From Candidatus Woesebacteria bacterium GW2011_GWF1_31_35 (GTDB taxonomy: Bacteria; Patescibacteriota; Microgenomatia; UBA8517), in the NCBI GenBank assembly GCA_001029755.1, contig CP011214.1:129754-193753 (forward strand): 64,000 nt of DNA. The letters run 5' to 3'. Made by a program: the position numbers and the translations under genes. Positions 1-9,213 of the stretch are shown piece after piece; within the stretch, counting starts at the first letter, position 1, and each line of letters begins with the position of its first letter. The notes under the pieces are model-generated. The model searched no databases. It saw only the letters and a list, made by a program, of their open reading frames with translations, and was not told where the DNA came from.

Positions 1-135
1 AAACCAGGACCAAAAGTGGGCGAGATATTAGAAAAATTATTTAATGAAGTGGTTGAAAAAAAGATTGAAAATACAAAAGAAATCTTAATATCAAACCTTA
101 AATCATGTTCTATCAATTCCCCCACCAAAACTTAA
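1..135 (+). CDS. 3' end of CCA-adding enzyme / poly(A) polymerase-family nucleotidyltransferase (partial)
   Basis: Frame 1 reads KPGPKVGEILEKLFNEVVEKKIENTKEILISNLK..., stop TAA at 133-135; PGPxVGxIL is typical of the C-terminus of this family. Confidence 0.7.
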   Translation, partial: KPGPKVGEILEKLFNEVVEKKIENTKEILISNLKSCSINSPTKT

Positions 136-321
136 TTTCTCTGTTCTTCCATCAGACCTTTTAACTTTTACTATAATATTTGGATTATTTTCTTGGATCA
201 CTTTAACTTCTAAAACTTGGGCAAACAAAAATTCACCTTTAATGCTACCGTCACCTTTTGAATTAATTCGAACACGAATAGTTTGATCTTTTGTTAATTT
301 ATTTATTTCATCTCTTTCCAT
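103..321 (-). CDS. Small hypothetical protein, possibly SH3/KOW-like beta barrel
   Basis: 72-aa ORF with TATAAT about 10 nt upstream of ATG; convergent overlap with the CCA-enzyme gene. Confidence 0.5.
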   Translation of the reverse strand: MERDEINKLTKDQTIRVRINSKGDGSIKGEFLFAQVLEVKVIQENNPNIIVKVKRSDGRTEKLSFGGGIDRT

Positions 322-348
322 CGTAGGGAGGATTATATAAGATAAATA

Positions 349-1140
349 TTATTTTTTCCACTTCTTCTTTTGAATGTCATCCCAAGTAACAAGAATTGGA
401 ACAGCAACAAATGGGGAAGAATAAGTTCCTGAAATTGTTCCTATAAGGAGGGCTACTGCAAACCAACGAATAGTGTCTCCTCCTAATAATACTAAGGAAA
501 CAAGCATAAAAATAATTGTAAATGAATTATTTAGTGACCTTACCATCGTTTCTGTAAGTGCCCTATTTGCAATATTATAAAATTCTCCACCTTCTTTTTT
601 CTGCTTTTCCCTAATTCTGTCATAAACAACAATTGTGTCATGAACTGAAAATGAAAGTGATGTTAAAACAGCTGTTACGAAAAGAAAATCAACTTCAACT
701 TTGAAAAAATGCCCCAAAATAGAAAACATACCTATTAAAACTATACTGTCATGAAGTGTAGCTAAAGTCGCAGATACTCCAAATTTTAGACTTTTAAATT
801 GAATCACTATCCAACAAAGAATTAATGAAGTTCCAATAATTAATGCATAAACTGTCTTTTTAATAAGCTCGGGTCCTATTGATGGCCCCACCGTTTCAAA
901 ACGAAGTTCTGTAGCACCTTGGTTTTTAAAATCTAGTCTAATTTTATCAATTTCTTCATTAGTTTTTACAGGATACTTAAAAGTTTTAATTTCTCCATTT
1001 GTAAATTTATATTCAGCAACAACTCCTCCTGTAAAATCAACTCCAAGATTTAGTCCCCATTTAATAAGACTGAAAGTTCCAGACACTAAAAAGACTAAAG
1101 AAATAATTAAATAAAGTAACCTAAATTTCATCCAGTTCAT
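349..1140 (-). CDS. secF: Protein translocase subunit SecF
   Basis: GVDFTGG, VGPSIG, SVHDTIVVYDRIRE motifs; directly follows secD. Confidence 0.95.
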   Translation of the reverse strand: MNWMKFRLLYLIISLVFLVSGTFSLIKWGLNLGVDFTGGVVAEYKFTNGEIKTFKYPVKTNEEIDKIRLDFKNQGATELRFETVGPSIGPELIKKTVYALIIGTSLILCWIVIQFKSLKFGVSATLATLHDSIVLIGMFSILGHFFKVEVDFLFVTAVLTSLSFSVHDTIVVYDRIREKQKKEGGEFYNIANRALTETMVRSLNNSFTIIFMLVSLVLLGGDTIRWFAVALLIGTISGTYSSPFVAVPILVTWDDIQKKKWKK

Positions 1141-2408
1141 TTTTCTTTAATAAATAATCTCAATAAGTTCCTGGTTACAATTATGCCAGTAAAAAGTGAA
1201 ATTCCAATTCCTAAAGCAAGTGTTATAGCAAAACCTCTGACAGGACCTGATACATTCAAAAAACTCCAATCAAGAGGGTTAGCTAAAATAAATGCCGTTA
1301 CCAGAGTCGCAATATTGGCATCTCTAATAGAATCCCAAGCTCTTCCAAAAGAAACTTCTAGTGCATCATAAATTGGTCTTACTTTAGTTTCCTCTTTTAA
1401 TCTTTCAAAAATTAGAATATTACTGTCAACCGCCATACCAACAGAAAGTAAAAATCCTGCAATTCCGGGAAGTGTTAAAACTACAGGAATTAATTTATAT
1501 AAAGCTAGAGTTATAATTCCAAAAACGATTAATCCAATATCTGCAATTAATCCATATTTTCCATATAATAAAATCATAAATAGACTTACCATTATTAGAC
1601 CAATTATTCCTGCTTTAATACTTTTATTGATTGAATCAGCACCTAATGTAGCACCTACAGTTTTCTCTTCGACCAATTTTATAGGAATAGGTAAGGCACC
1701 TGCGTTTAATTGAACTTCTAGTTTTTTAGCCTCTTCCAGAGTAAAATTTCCTGATATTTGGGCTTGACCTCCTGTAATTTTTTCATTAACGACGGGAGCT
1801 GAAACTAAATCATTATCTAAAATAATTGCAAGGGGTTTTCCAATATTTTTCCCTGTTATAATTTCAAATTTTTTTGCACCCTCTTCATTAAAAACAATGG
1901 AAATTGCAGGTTTCCCTGTATTTTTATCAAAAACTACATCAGCAGATTTTAAATCAGCACCCGTTAAGTTAGTAGGATTTATTATTGCTGAAGGTGAAGC
2001 TTCTTGTACCTCTGCAAAAACCAATTGAGCTGTTTGACCAATTAAATTAACGGCTTCTTTTGGATCATTTACCCCTGGAAGTTCAACAATTATTCTATCT
2101 TTACCTTCAAAATTAGAAGTCTGTACATTAGGTTCTGAAACACCAAAAAAATTTACTCTTTTTTCAATTATATTTCTTAAAGAGTCCAAAGCTTTTCCCT
2201 TGCTTCCAGTGTCAAGTTTTGAAGTATCTGCCTCAAAAACTAAATGACTTCCACCTGATAGATCAAGTCCCAGTACTAGATCAAATTTTTTATCAATTTT
2301 AAAATTACCTAGTTTAAAATTAAACCTAGCACTAGGATAGCTTATGAATCCACAAGCTAAAGTTAACAGAAGTATTAATATTATCCTAACCAACAAGTTC
2401 TTCTTCAT
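1137..2408 (-). CDS. secD: Protein translocase subunit SecD
   Basis: LGLDLSGG, GVSEP, IIVELPG, GMAVDSNILIFER motifs; ATG at 2408 preferred over TTG at 2414. Confidence 0.95.
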   Translation of the reverse strand: MKKNLLVRIILILLLTLACGFISYPSARFNFKLGNFKIDKKFDLVLGLDLSGGSHLVFEADTSKLDTGSKGKALDSLRNIIEKRVNFFGVSEPNVQTSNFEGKDRIIVELPGVNDPKEAVNLIGQTAQLVFAEVQEASPSAIINPTNLTGADLKSADVVFDKNTGKPAISIVFNEEGAKKFEIITGKNIGKPLAIILDNDLVSAPVVNEKITGGQAQISGNFTLEEAKKLEVQLNAGALPIPIKLVEEKTVGATLGADSINKSIKAGIIGLIMVSLFMILLYGKYGLIADIGLIVFGIITLALYKLIPVVLTLPGIAGFLLSVGMAVDSNILIFERLKEETKVRPIYDALEVSFGRAWDSIRDANIATLVTAFILANPLDWSFLNVSGPVRGFAITLALGIGISLFTGIIVTRNLLRLFIKEK

Positions 2409-2970
2409 CTCCAATTATCATTACACGACTCCCAGAAAGTATCCCTAACAAAAATGGATCTCTTCTTTTCTTTCTATATTCAAGTTCTTCTCTAGTCATA
2501 ACTGTATAATTTATTTCCCTGTTTATTTTAGATTCATGAATACGTATTACAGAAGCAAGTTCAGGAAGAACAACTTCCCCAACTACCAAAATATCTATAT
2601 CGTCTTCATTCTTTTTAGATTTTCCTCTAGCAAATTTTCCAGAAAACATAATAAAACTTACTTTTCCAAATTTTGATTTAGAATCAACTAAAATTTTACC
2701 TAATCCTGTCGATTTTGAAGCAATTGATAAAATGTCACCAAATAATGGATAATCCGTCCTTAAAAAATAATAAACTCTATTTCCACGAGGTTCTTTTTTT
2801 AAAATTCCCTCAGATTCTAATTTTTCAAGCTCACGTCTAACAGCATTTATTTCTTCACCTATTTCACGGACAATCCCTCTAACATGATACATTTCAGCTA
2901 TGTTGGAATAGAAAAGCTCCAATATTTTGACTCTTACTTTCGAAGTAATAATGTCTGAAAGACTAGCCAT
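2386..2970 (-). CDS. Winged-HTH protein fused to a minimal nucleotidyltransferase-like domain
   Basis: N-terminal ArsR-like wHTH (NAVRRELEKLESEGIL); C-terminal SGKFARG...DIDILVVG. Confidence 0.7.
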   Translation of the reverse strand: MASLSDIITSKVRVKILELFYSNIAEMYHVRGIVREIGEEINAVRRELEKLESEGILKKEPRGNRVYYFLRTDYPLFGDILSIASKSTGLGKILVDSKSKFGKVSFIMFSGKFARGKSKKNEDDIDILVVGEVVLPELASVIRIHESKINREINYTVMTREELEYRKKRRDPFLLGILSGSRVMIIGDEEELVG

Positions 2971-2988
2971 ATTTTTATTTGAGGCAGA

Positions 2989-4212
2989 CTAATAACTTAC
3001 ACTATTAACTGATGGTACCACTTCTATCCAAATTTGTCCTCTAACAAACGGTATTTCAACTCCTTCACCATCTAAAAACTTTGTTCTTGCTACTCCAGTT
3101 GCTTTCTCCCATGTACCTTCAATTACTATACCATTTTGAAAGACTTTTGCCTTACCAGTTCCAGTTACTGTATAAAGCATATGATGTTCTTTGTCTACAG
3201 GACCTTCTTCTTTAACATACATAATAACCACATTCTTTGTAGATAATTGCTGTTTACTTTCTAAATCAATGTGTTCTTTACCTCCTGTAAATCTTAAGTA
3301 TTTATTATTTACAGAATCATATTTCCAATTTACATTATAGTCAGACATACTATCCCAAAATGGAAACTCTATATTACTAGCCGTTGCTGTTTGTGGTTTG
3401 TCATCTATAAATTTCCAAGATTTAAAACTATCACTCCAAGCTTTTTCGTTTTCATCAACAGCACCAAAAACTCTTTTTGTTGCCTCTTCATAAATTTTAT
3501 CAACAGAACCAACTTTTTGATGTTCTGTAGCAAGGTTCATACGTCTGTCATCAGTAAATAATGCTGGGTAACCTGTATTTGTAGCTCCATTCATGTCAGA
3601 ACCATACCTTCCATTAACCCAACCAATTTTTTCCAGAAGTCTATACGCATCTACTCTTGGATCGATATCTCCATAGGGTTTTACACCTCCTGGACAGTTA
3701 TTACAAATATTGTTTGCTCCTCCCCAATGAACAAATAATGGATTACTACCGTACTCTAATGCTAAATTAACAAAATAAACTCTAGCACTTCTAATTTGGC
3801 CAATTATGTAGTCATTGTCTGCAACCCCACAATAAAAAACTGCTAAAAATCTTGTAATTCCACCCTCAGCAACTGCTTCATAAACCACATCAGCATTTGA
3901 AAGGCCTGATTGTGGACGTGATTCCAAATGGTTTTCTATAACTGCTAAAATTGGACGCCTTGTCTCCCAAATATCTTTTTCTGCCTTTGTGTACATCGCT
4001 CCATTTATAGGACAAGCATCAGTTTTAGGTTTTGAAAGATCAACTCTAGATACTTTACCGGTACTGCTAGTACCAGTTTTCACAATAGATGTATCTTTGA
4101 CAAGAAATGTAAATCCAGCTAAAGACACTCCTGTTGAAACTAAGAATAGTCCTAAAAATCCTAAAACTAGTGTAAAATTTTTTGAACTTATTATTTTTTT
4201 AAACTTTTCCAT
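2989..4212 (-). CDS. DUF3048 (YerB-like) membrane-anchored protein
   Basis: N-terminal TM; RPQSGL, VYEAVAEGGITRFLAVF, IRSAR, GQIWIEVV motifs. Confidence 0.85.
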   Translation of the reverse strand: MEKFKKIISSKNFTLVLGFLGLFLVSTGVSLAGFTFLVKDTSIVKTGTSSTGKVSRVDLSKPKTDACPINGAMYTKAEKDIWETRRPILAVIENHLESRPQSGLSNADVVYEAVAEGGITRFLAVFYCGVADNDYIIGQIRSARVYFVNLALEYGSNPLFVHWGGANNICNNCPGGVKPYGDIDPRVDAYRLLEKIGWVNGRYGSDMNGATNTGYPALFTDDRRMNLATEHQKVGSVDKIYEEATKRVFGAVDENEKAWSDSFKSWKFIDDKPQTATASNIEFPFWDSMSDYNVNWKYDSVNNKYLRFTGGKEHIDLESKQQLSTKNVVIMYVKEEGPVDKEHHMLYTVTGTGKAKVFQNGIVIEGTWEKATGVARTKFLDGEGVEIPFVRGQIWIEVVPSVNSVSY

Positions 4213-4219
4213 ATTTATT

Positions 4220-4669
4220 TTATTTTAAAGCAATTTTTAATGCATTACTTTCTTCTTTAGAAAGATCTAACTTTGTCTTTCCTAAAAATACTTCTTTTAG
4301 ATAAAACCTTGTCCTCTCTCGAGTATGAAGGCTAGTAATAATAATACCATTTTTATTTCCATCTAAAAGTGCCAAAGAAAAACTATGATCTCCACCTGTT
4401 TCGTTAAATGGATTAAATTTCACTAAACCAACTTTTTGAATATGCAATTTAGATTCATCTTTTAATTGTTCTAATCTTAAATTTAATTCTTTGATACCTA
4501 TTGAATTATCGCTTTGAATATCTTGAATATTTTTAAAAGTCTTAATAAAATCTTTATCCTTAGAATTCTTAACTAAATTTTTTAGAACAAAATAAGCCCA
4601 AACAATTAAAATTGTCAAAATAGTCAGCCAAACAATTGCAATTACACTTAGTATTAGGTTAATATCCAT
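4220..4669 (-). CDS. DUF4446-family protein
   Basis: N-terminal TM, coiled coil, QKVGLVKFNPF...SFSLALLD...LSKEE. Confidence 0.8.
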   Translation of the reverse strand: MDINLILSVIAIVWLTILTILIVWAYFVLKNLVKNSKDKDFIKTFKNIQDIQSDNSIGIKELNLRLEQLKDESKLHIQKVGLVKFNPFNETGGDHSFSLALLDGNKNGIIITSLHTRERTRFYLKEVFLGKTKLDLSKEESNALKIALK

Positions 4670-4699
4670 ATATATTAATATAAAGGATAACTTAATCTA

Positions 4700-4930
4700 A
4701 TGGCAAAAAAAAGAACCAAGAAACAAAAACAGATGGCTGAATCTAGGCATGTCAATACCCAATTAGTTTATAGCTTCAAGGGATCATTTGATAAAAAATC
4801 AAAAATTAAAAACGCCAGTATTACGGAGAATTATGAAGGTTTAGGCTCAATCAAGAAAGATCTATTTAAAAGCCTTATTATTGCCTTCTTAATCCTAATT
4901 AGCCTTACAGTGATATACTTACTTTCGTAA
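4700..4930 (+). CDS. Small hypothetical protein with C-terminal TM helix
   Basis: 76-aa ORF, basic N-terminus, hydrophobic C-terminus. Confidence 0.6.
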   Translation: MAKKRTKKQKQMAESRHVNTQLVYSFKGSFDKKSKIKNASITENYEGLGSIKKDLFKSLIIAFLILISLTVIYLLS

Positions 4931-4953
4931 AGTTTTAAGGGGGTGATTTAATT

Positions 4954-5091
4954 ATGATGTACTGCGTAAAATGTAGAACAAAGAGAGAAGGTAAAGATTC
5001 ACAAGCCGTAACCATGAAGAATGGTAAAAAAGCTACAAAAGCTGTTTGTGAAGTTTGTGGAACAACAATGTTCAAGATCGGTGGAAATTAA
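4954..5091 (+). CDS. 45-aa zinc-ribbon protein (DUF5679-like), absent from ORF track
   Basis: MMYCVKCRTKREGKDSQAVTMKNGKKATKAVCEVCGTTMFKIGGN*; two CxxC pairs; strong SD AAGGGGGTGA upstream. Confidence 0.85.
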   Translation: MMYCVKCRTKREGKDSQAVTMKNGKKATKAVCEVCGTTMFKIGGN

Positions 5092-5671
5092 TTTTGAACA
5101 AGTGTTTAAAACCTTCAGGAGGAACTACAAGCTAGTGCCTCTTGAAGTGTTTGGTGATAACCCATATAAAACATTAATCTCCACGATTCTTTCTTCCAGA
5201 ACTAAAGATGAGGTAACCTTAAAAGCTTCAAAAAGATTATTTAAAATTGCACCAACATTAAAAGAATTATCTAAATTAAAAGAATCACAAATTAAAAAAC
5301 TAATATACCCCGTTGGATTTTATAAAACAAAAGCAAGACATTTAATTAAATTAGCTAAAATGATAAACAAAATTCCAAACACCAAAGAAGGACTAATTAA
5401 ACTTCCTGGGGTTGGAATAAAAACTGCAAATTTAACTTTAAACAGAGCTTTTAATGTCCCAGCAATTTCAGTTGACACCCATGTTCATAAAATTACTAAT
5501 TTATTAGGCTGGGTAAAAACAAAAACACCGGACCAGACTGAAAAGGAATTAAATAAAATTTTACCTAAAAAATACTGGAAAGATATAAATCGTTATTTTG
5601 TTTCAATTGGAAGACAATATACAACAAAAAAGAAATTGATTAAATTTTTTAATTCTCAAGGATTATTGTAA
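5081..5671 (+). CDS. nth: Endonuclease III (HhH-GPD glycosylase) lacking the Fe-S motif
   Basis: LPGVGIKTAN HhH with catalytic Lys, VDTHV; probable start GTG at 5081, not ATG 5021. Confidence 0.85.
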   Translation: MEINFEQVFKTFRRNYKLVPLEVFGDNPYKTLISTILSSRTKDEVTLKASKRLFKIAPTLKELSKLKESQIKKLIYPVGFYKTKARHLIKLAKMINKIPNTKEGLIKLPGVGIKTANLTLNRAFNVPAISVDTHVHKITNLLGWVKTKTPDQTEKELNKILPKKYWKDINRYFVSIGRQYTTKKKLIKFFNSQGLL

Positions 5672-6092
5672 CTGGACCATCAAGAAAAGTATCAATTTCC
5701 ATATATTCTCCAAACTCACCTGTTTCTACATGAATATTTTTTAATTTTAATTTTTCAATAAAGTACTCATAGATTTCTTTTGCTTTAATTGGCTCTTCTA
5801 CTTCTATAAACGAAGGTCTATTTCCATCTTTTGTGTTTGCATATAAAGTGAATTGAGAAACTACTAAACAATTTGAATTTGTATCGACAATAGATAAATT
5901 CATTTTATTATTAACGTCTGACATTATTCTTAATTTAGAAACCTTTTTAACCAATTCATCAACTTTTTCTTTTGTATCTCCCTTTTTAACCCCAAAAAGA
6001 ATGAAAAGTCCTTTTTCTATTTTTCCAACAACTTTATTTGTATTTTTAACTGTTACAGAAGCTTTATTAACTCTTTGAATAACGAGTTTCAT
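5649..6092 (-). CDS. dtd: D-aminoacyl-tRNA deacylase
   Basis: MKLVIQRV, VSQFTL, GNRPSF, DGPVT motifs. Confidence 0.95.
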   Translation of the reverse strand: MKLVIQRVNKASVTVKNTNKVVGKIEKGLFILFGVKKGDTKEKVDELVKKVSKLRIMSDVNNKMNLSIVDTNSNCLVVSQFTLYANTKDGNRPSFIEVEEPIKAKEIYEYFIEKLKLKNIHVETGEFGEYMEIDTFLDGPVTIILEN

Positions 6093-6110
6093 ATTAAATC
6101 TAATTCTAAC

Positions 6111-6138
6111 AAAAATCCCTTAATTTCTTAAGGAATTT
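6111..6138 (-). terminator. Hairpin / terminator downstream of rnpB
   Basis: Minus strand AAATTCCTTAA-GAAA-TTAAGGGATTTTT. Confidence 0.55.
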
Positions 6139-6144
6139 AAAAAA

Positions 6145-6452
6145 TGCTTTAGAGGCTAGTAAGCCAGGTTCTGTTTCTCGACAATTATCTATCTACGCCC
6201 TCATACCTTGAGCCTCGGGAAGACATCCTTAGATTCGCCAAAGGCGAAATGGCTCGTTCGGAGGTTGCAGCGAGGAGGATTGCCCGTTTCACCCAAATTC
6301 TTCCTTTAGGGAAGAGCTTGAATCGTCTCTGTTGCTCTAACTGGCCTCCCTTTTACGGGAGTCTCCAGCTTACGCTGGACACCCTGTCTTCTGCTGCCTG
6401 GACTTTCCTCTATAGTCTTAACAACTACAGCAATTGTCCTGCCTCTAAAGCA
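6145..6452 (-). ncRNA. rnpB: RNase P RNA (bacterial)
   Basis: Minus strand has GAGGAAAGTCC near the 5' end and ACAGAACCTGGCTTA near the 3' end; terminal P1 helix TGCTTTAGAGGC/GCCTCTAAAGCA; GC-rich island. Confidence 0.95.
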
Positions 6453-6458
6453 AAAGGT

Positions 6459-6467
6459 ATTATATCA
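6459..6467 (-). promoter_or_regulatory. Extended -10 promoter of rnpB
   Basis: TGATATAAT about 6 nt upstream of the P1 5' end. Confidence 0.7.
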
Positions 6468-6475
6468 AAATTCTA

Positions 6476-7450
6476 TCATTCTTTCCCAAATCGGCCTTCA
6501 AGAAGAGTTTTTGCAATTATTACTAGAGGTATTGAAATTATCATTCCCACAATTCCAGCAAGTCTTGAACCTATTGCAAGTGCAAGAAGTGTAACAATAG
6601 GTGAAACACCCGTGGATTTTTCCATAATTTTTGGTACAAAAACATAATTTTCCAGCTGTTGAATTAAAAAGGCCAGCCCAATTGTAGCAAAACCTACAAA
6701 CGGAGAAATACTAAATCCTAATATTATCGCGGGGATTGCAGCAATAACTGGTCCTACAAAAGGTACTATTTCAAAAAGTCCTGAAAGCATTGCTAGTGGA
6801 AGCGCATAAGGGATACCTAAGATTATAAAACCGATATAACTTAAGGTTCCAACTAAAAGCATTAAGAAAAACTGTCCTCTTGCCCATCCACCAAGTCTAT
6901 TCTCAAGTCTATCTACTAATGTAGAAATACTTTTACTTTTTTCTCTACCGAAAAGTGGTTCTAAATTTTGATCAAATTTATCTTTCATTAATAAAAGATA
7001 GAAGGCAAAAATAGCAATTGTTAAAATACTTAATATATTTGTAAACAATGAAAAACCCGCCTTAACAATTTGGCCAGGAACAGAACCTAGTTGGGATATA
7101 ATTTGTTTTAATACTTCTCCATTTGCATATTTATTTATTCCTAAATCTTGTAAATATTTTGGAAGATTGTTTGCAAGATTTGTAGTTTGTTCTACAAGTG
7201 GAGGAAGTAGAGTAGCAACTGCCAAACCAAGTACTCCAAAGATGACAACATATGAAATAAGAACTGAAATACCTTTTGGAATTTTAAATTTTGAAAGCTT
7301 GTTTATCAATGGATTTAAGACAGACATTAATATTAAAGCTACAAAAAGTTGAAGAACTATATCTTTGATAAAAAACAAAAACCACAAAAGACCTAAAAAG
7401 GCGACTGTAAAAATTATTGTTTTATGAGAAATTTCAATTTTTCTAGGCAT
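6476..7450 (-). CDS. AI-2E (PerM) family transporter
   Basis: Multi-TM; IVPFVGP, IQQLENYVFVPKIM motifs. Confidence 0.9.
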   Translation of the reverse strand: MPRKIEISHKTIIFTVAFLGLLWFLFFIKDIVLQLFVALILMSVLNPLINKLSKFKIPKGISVLISYVVIFGVLGLAVATLLPPLVEQTTNLANNLPKYLQDLGINKYANGEVLKQIISQLGSVPGQIVKAGFSLFTNILSILTIAIFAFYLLLMKDKFDQNLEPLFGREKSKSISTLVDRLENRLGGWARGQFFLMLLVGTLSYIGFIILGIPYALPLAMLSGLFEIVPFVGPVIAAIPAIILGFSISPFVGFATIGLAFLIQQLENYVFVPKIMEKSTGVSPIVTLLALAIGSRLAGIVGMIISIPLVIIAKTLLEGRFGKE

Positions 7451-8399
7451 CGGAAGTATTATCCCATTTTTCGACTAAATTTTCCACATTTTTAGGATAT
7501 TTTGGACTTGTTATGTCAAACCAATTTATCCTTTTATCTTTCTTAAACCAAGTAAGTTGTCTTTTGACATATTTCATTTCATTCTTATTCCATTTGTCAA
7601 TAAATTCTTCATAAGTTAAACCTTCTTTAAAAAATGCTTCAGATTCTTTATATCCCAAAGAATTCATTGATTGATGTTTCCATGAAACTCCAATCTTAAG
7701 TAAATTTTCAACTTCATCAATAAACCCTTCATTCATTCTTTTATCAACTCTATTTTTAATATTTTTAATATGAATATCCTTAGGTGTAGTCAACCCAATA
7801 AATAAAGTTTTTACATTTTCATCTAATACTTCTTTTCTATCTTCAACTACCTGTTTTTGTTTTCCATTTTCAATATTCCATACCGCAATTTCAATTGCAC
7901 GAATTAATCTTCTAGAATTTTTTTTATCTGATAAATTTAAAGATGCCGCTTTTGAACTATCAAGAACAGCAAGTTTATCGAAAAGTTCATCTATAGTTTT
8001 ATCAACTAATGTATTCCTTAAATCATCATTTTTTGGTATATCAACTGTGGGAATTCCATCTACCAAACTCTTTATATAAAGACCAGTTCCTCCAACAATT
8101 ATTGGTAATTTATTTCTTACCCAAATATCAGTAATTGCCATTTTCATTAATCTAAAATATTCAGACACGCTAAAATTTTTATTTGGATCGGTTAAATCAT
8201 AACCCCAAATTTTTATCCCCTCTCCCCATTCTTTTCCGGTTCCAATATCCATATACTTATACACCTGTCTTGAATCAGCAGAAATTATTTCGCCATTAAA
8301 TTTTTTAGCTAAATCAATTCCAAGTGTAGTTTTACCTGTAGCAGTTGGCCCACAAATGACAAGAATTTTATGTCGAAGTTTAAAACTATGTTTATTCAT
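7443..8399 (-). CDS. miaA: tRNA dimethylallyltransferase
   Basis: GPTATGKT, IISADSRQVY, VGGTGLY, KRQLTWF; ATG at 8399. Confidence 0.95.
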   Translation of the reverse strand: MNKHSFKLRHKILVICGPTATGKTTLGIDLAKKFNGEIISADSRQVYKYMDIGTGKEWGEGIKIWGYDLTDPNKNFSVSEYFRLMKMAITDIWVRNKLPIIVGGTGLYIKSLVDGIPTVDIPKNDDLRNTLVDKTIDELFDKLAVLDSSKAASLNLSDKKNSRRLIRAIEIAVWNIENGKQKQVVEDRKEVLDENVKTLFIGLTTPKDIHIKNIKNRVDKRMNEGFIDEVENLLKIGVSWKHQSMNSLGYKESEAFFKEGLTYEEFIDKWNKNEMKYVKRQLTWFKKDKRINWFDITSPKYPKNVENLVEKWDNTSDA

Positions 8400-8400
8400 A

Positions 8401-9213
8401 TTAACTACTTGCACTAGAATATTTTTTTAAGGCGAAATTCCAAAATTTAAATGAAAGCATTAAAAGAGCAATCCCAAATATTAAAGTAGAAACAATCCCC
8501 AAGGGATTAACTAGACCCATTAACGCTTTTGCAGGAAGAGTCATCATTACACCAACTGGAATTAAAAACGTAAGTATTCCTTTTAAAGGTTCTTTATAAA
8601 TATCAACAGGAAGTCTGCCCATAGAAGTTAAGTCTCTATAAATCATTATTGTATGATCAATTTCCAAAGTAATTATTCCAAATGATAAAACTACTACATG
8701 AAATGCAGTAGCTATCAATAATCCATTAATTATTAACAATATATAATAAAATATTTGTAACAAGGATGGGGAAAGAAGGGAACCTATATAAACTACAACT
8801 GCAATAATTGGGGGAATTGTAATTAAATCAACCGGATCAGGTCCACCCATTAATACTCTAAAAAGTGCGTTTACAGGCTTAACCAATATTAAATCCAAAT
8901 CTCCCGAAATAACTAGTGGTCTAAAGCTATATACACTTCTGAAGAAAAACTGGGCTAGAGTATCTATTAATACATAAGTTGCTGTAAAAAATAATATTTG
9001 ATTACTTTCATATCCTGCAAGCCCTTTGGTTTGACCAACTAAAAAATATAAAAATCCAAAATAGAAAATATATCTAATTACTTTGCCTAATAAAAATAAT
9101 GGCAAACTACTTCTACTTGCTAACCAAATAAGAAGAGAATTTTTAGCCATTAAGATCCATATCTTAAAATAAAACTTACATTTTTTGCTGATACTTTTTA
9201 TATTAATAATCAT
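8401..9213 (-). CDS. ABC-2 family (DUF990-like) permease
   Basis: GDLDLILVKPV, multi-TM, YSSASS C-terminus; in operon with ATPase. Confidence 0.85.
   Translation of the reverse strand: MIINIKSISKKCKFYFKIWILMAKNSLLIWLASRSSLPLFLLGKVIRYIFYFGFLYFLVGQTKGLAGYESNQILFFTATYVLIDTLAQFFFRSVYSFRPLVISGDLDLILVKPVNALFRVLMGGPDPVDLITIPPIIAVVVYIGSLLSPSLLQIFYYILLIINGLLIATAFHVVVLSFGIITLEIDHTIMIYRDLTSMGRLPVDIYKEPLKGILTFLIPVGVMMTLPAKALMGLVNPLGIVSTLIFGIALLMLSFKFWNFALKKYSSASS

Noticed and set aside
5021-5080. N-terminal 20 aa of the track's endonuclease III ORF
   Set aside because: Out-of-frame overlap with the zinc-ribbon gene; GTG 5081 is the more plausible start
6249-6647. 132-aa plus-strand ORF
   Set aside because: Antisense shadow of rnpB and the AI-2E gene
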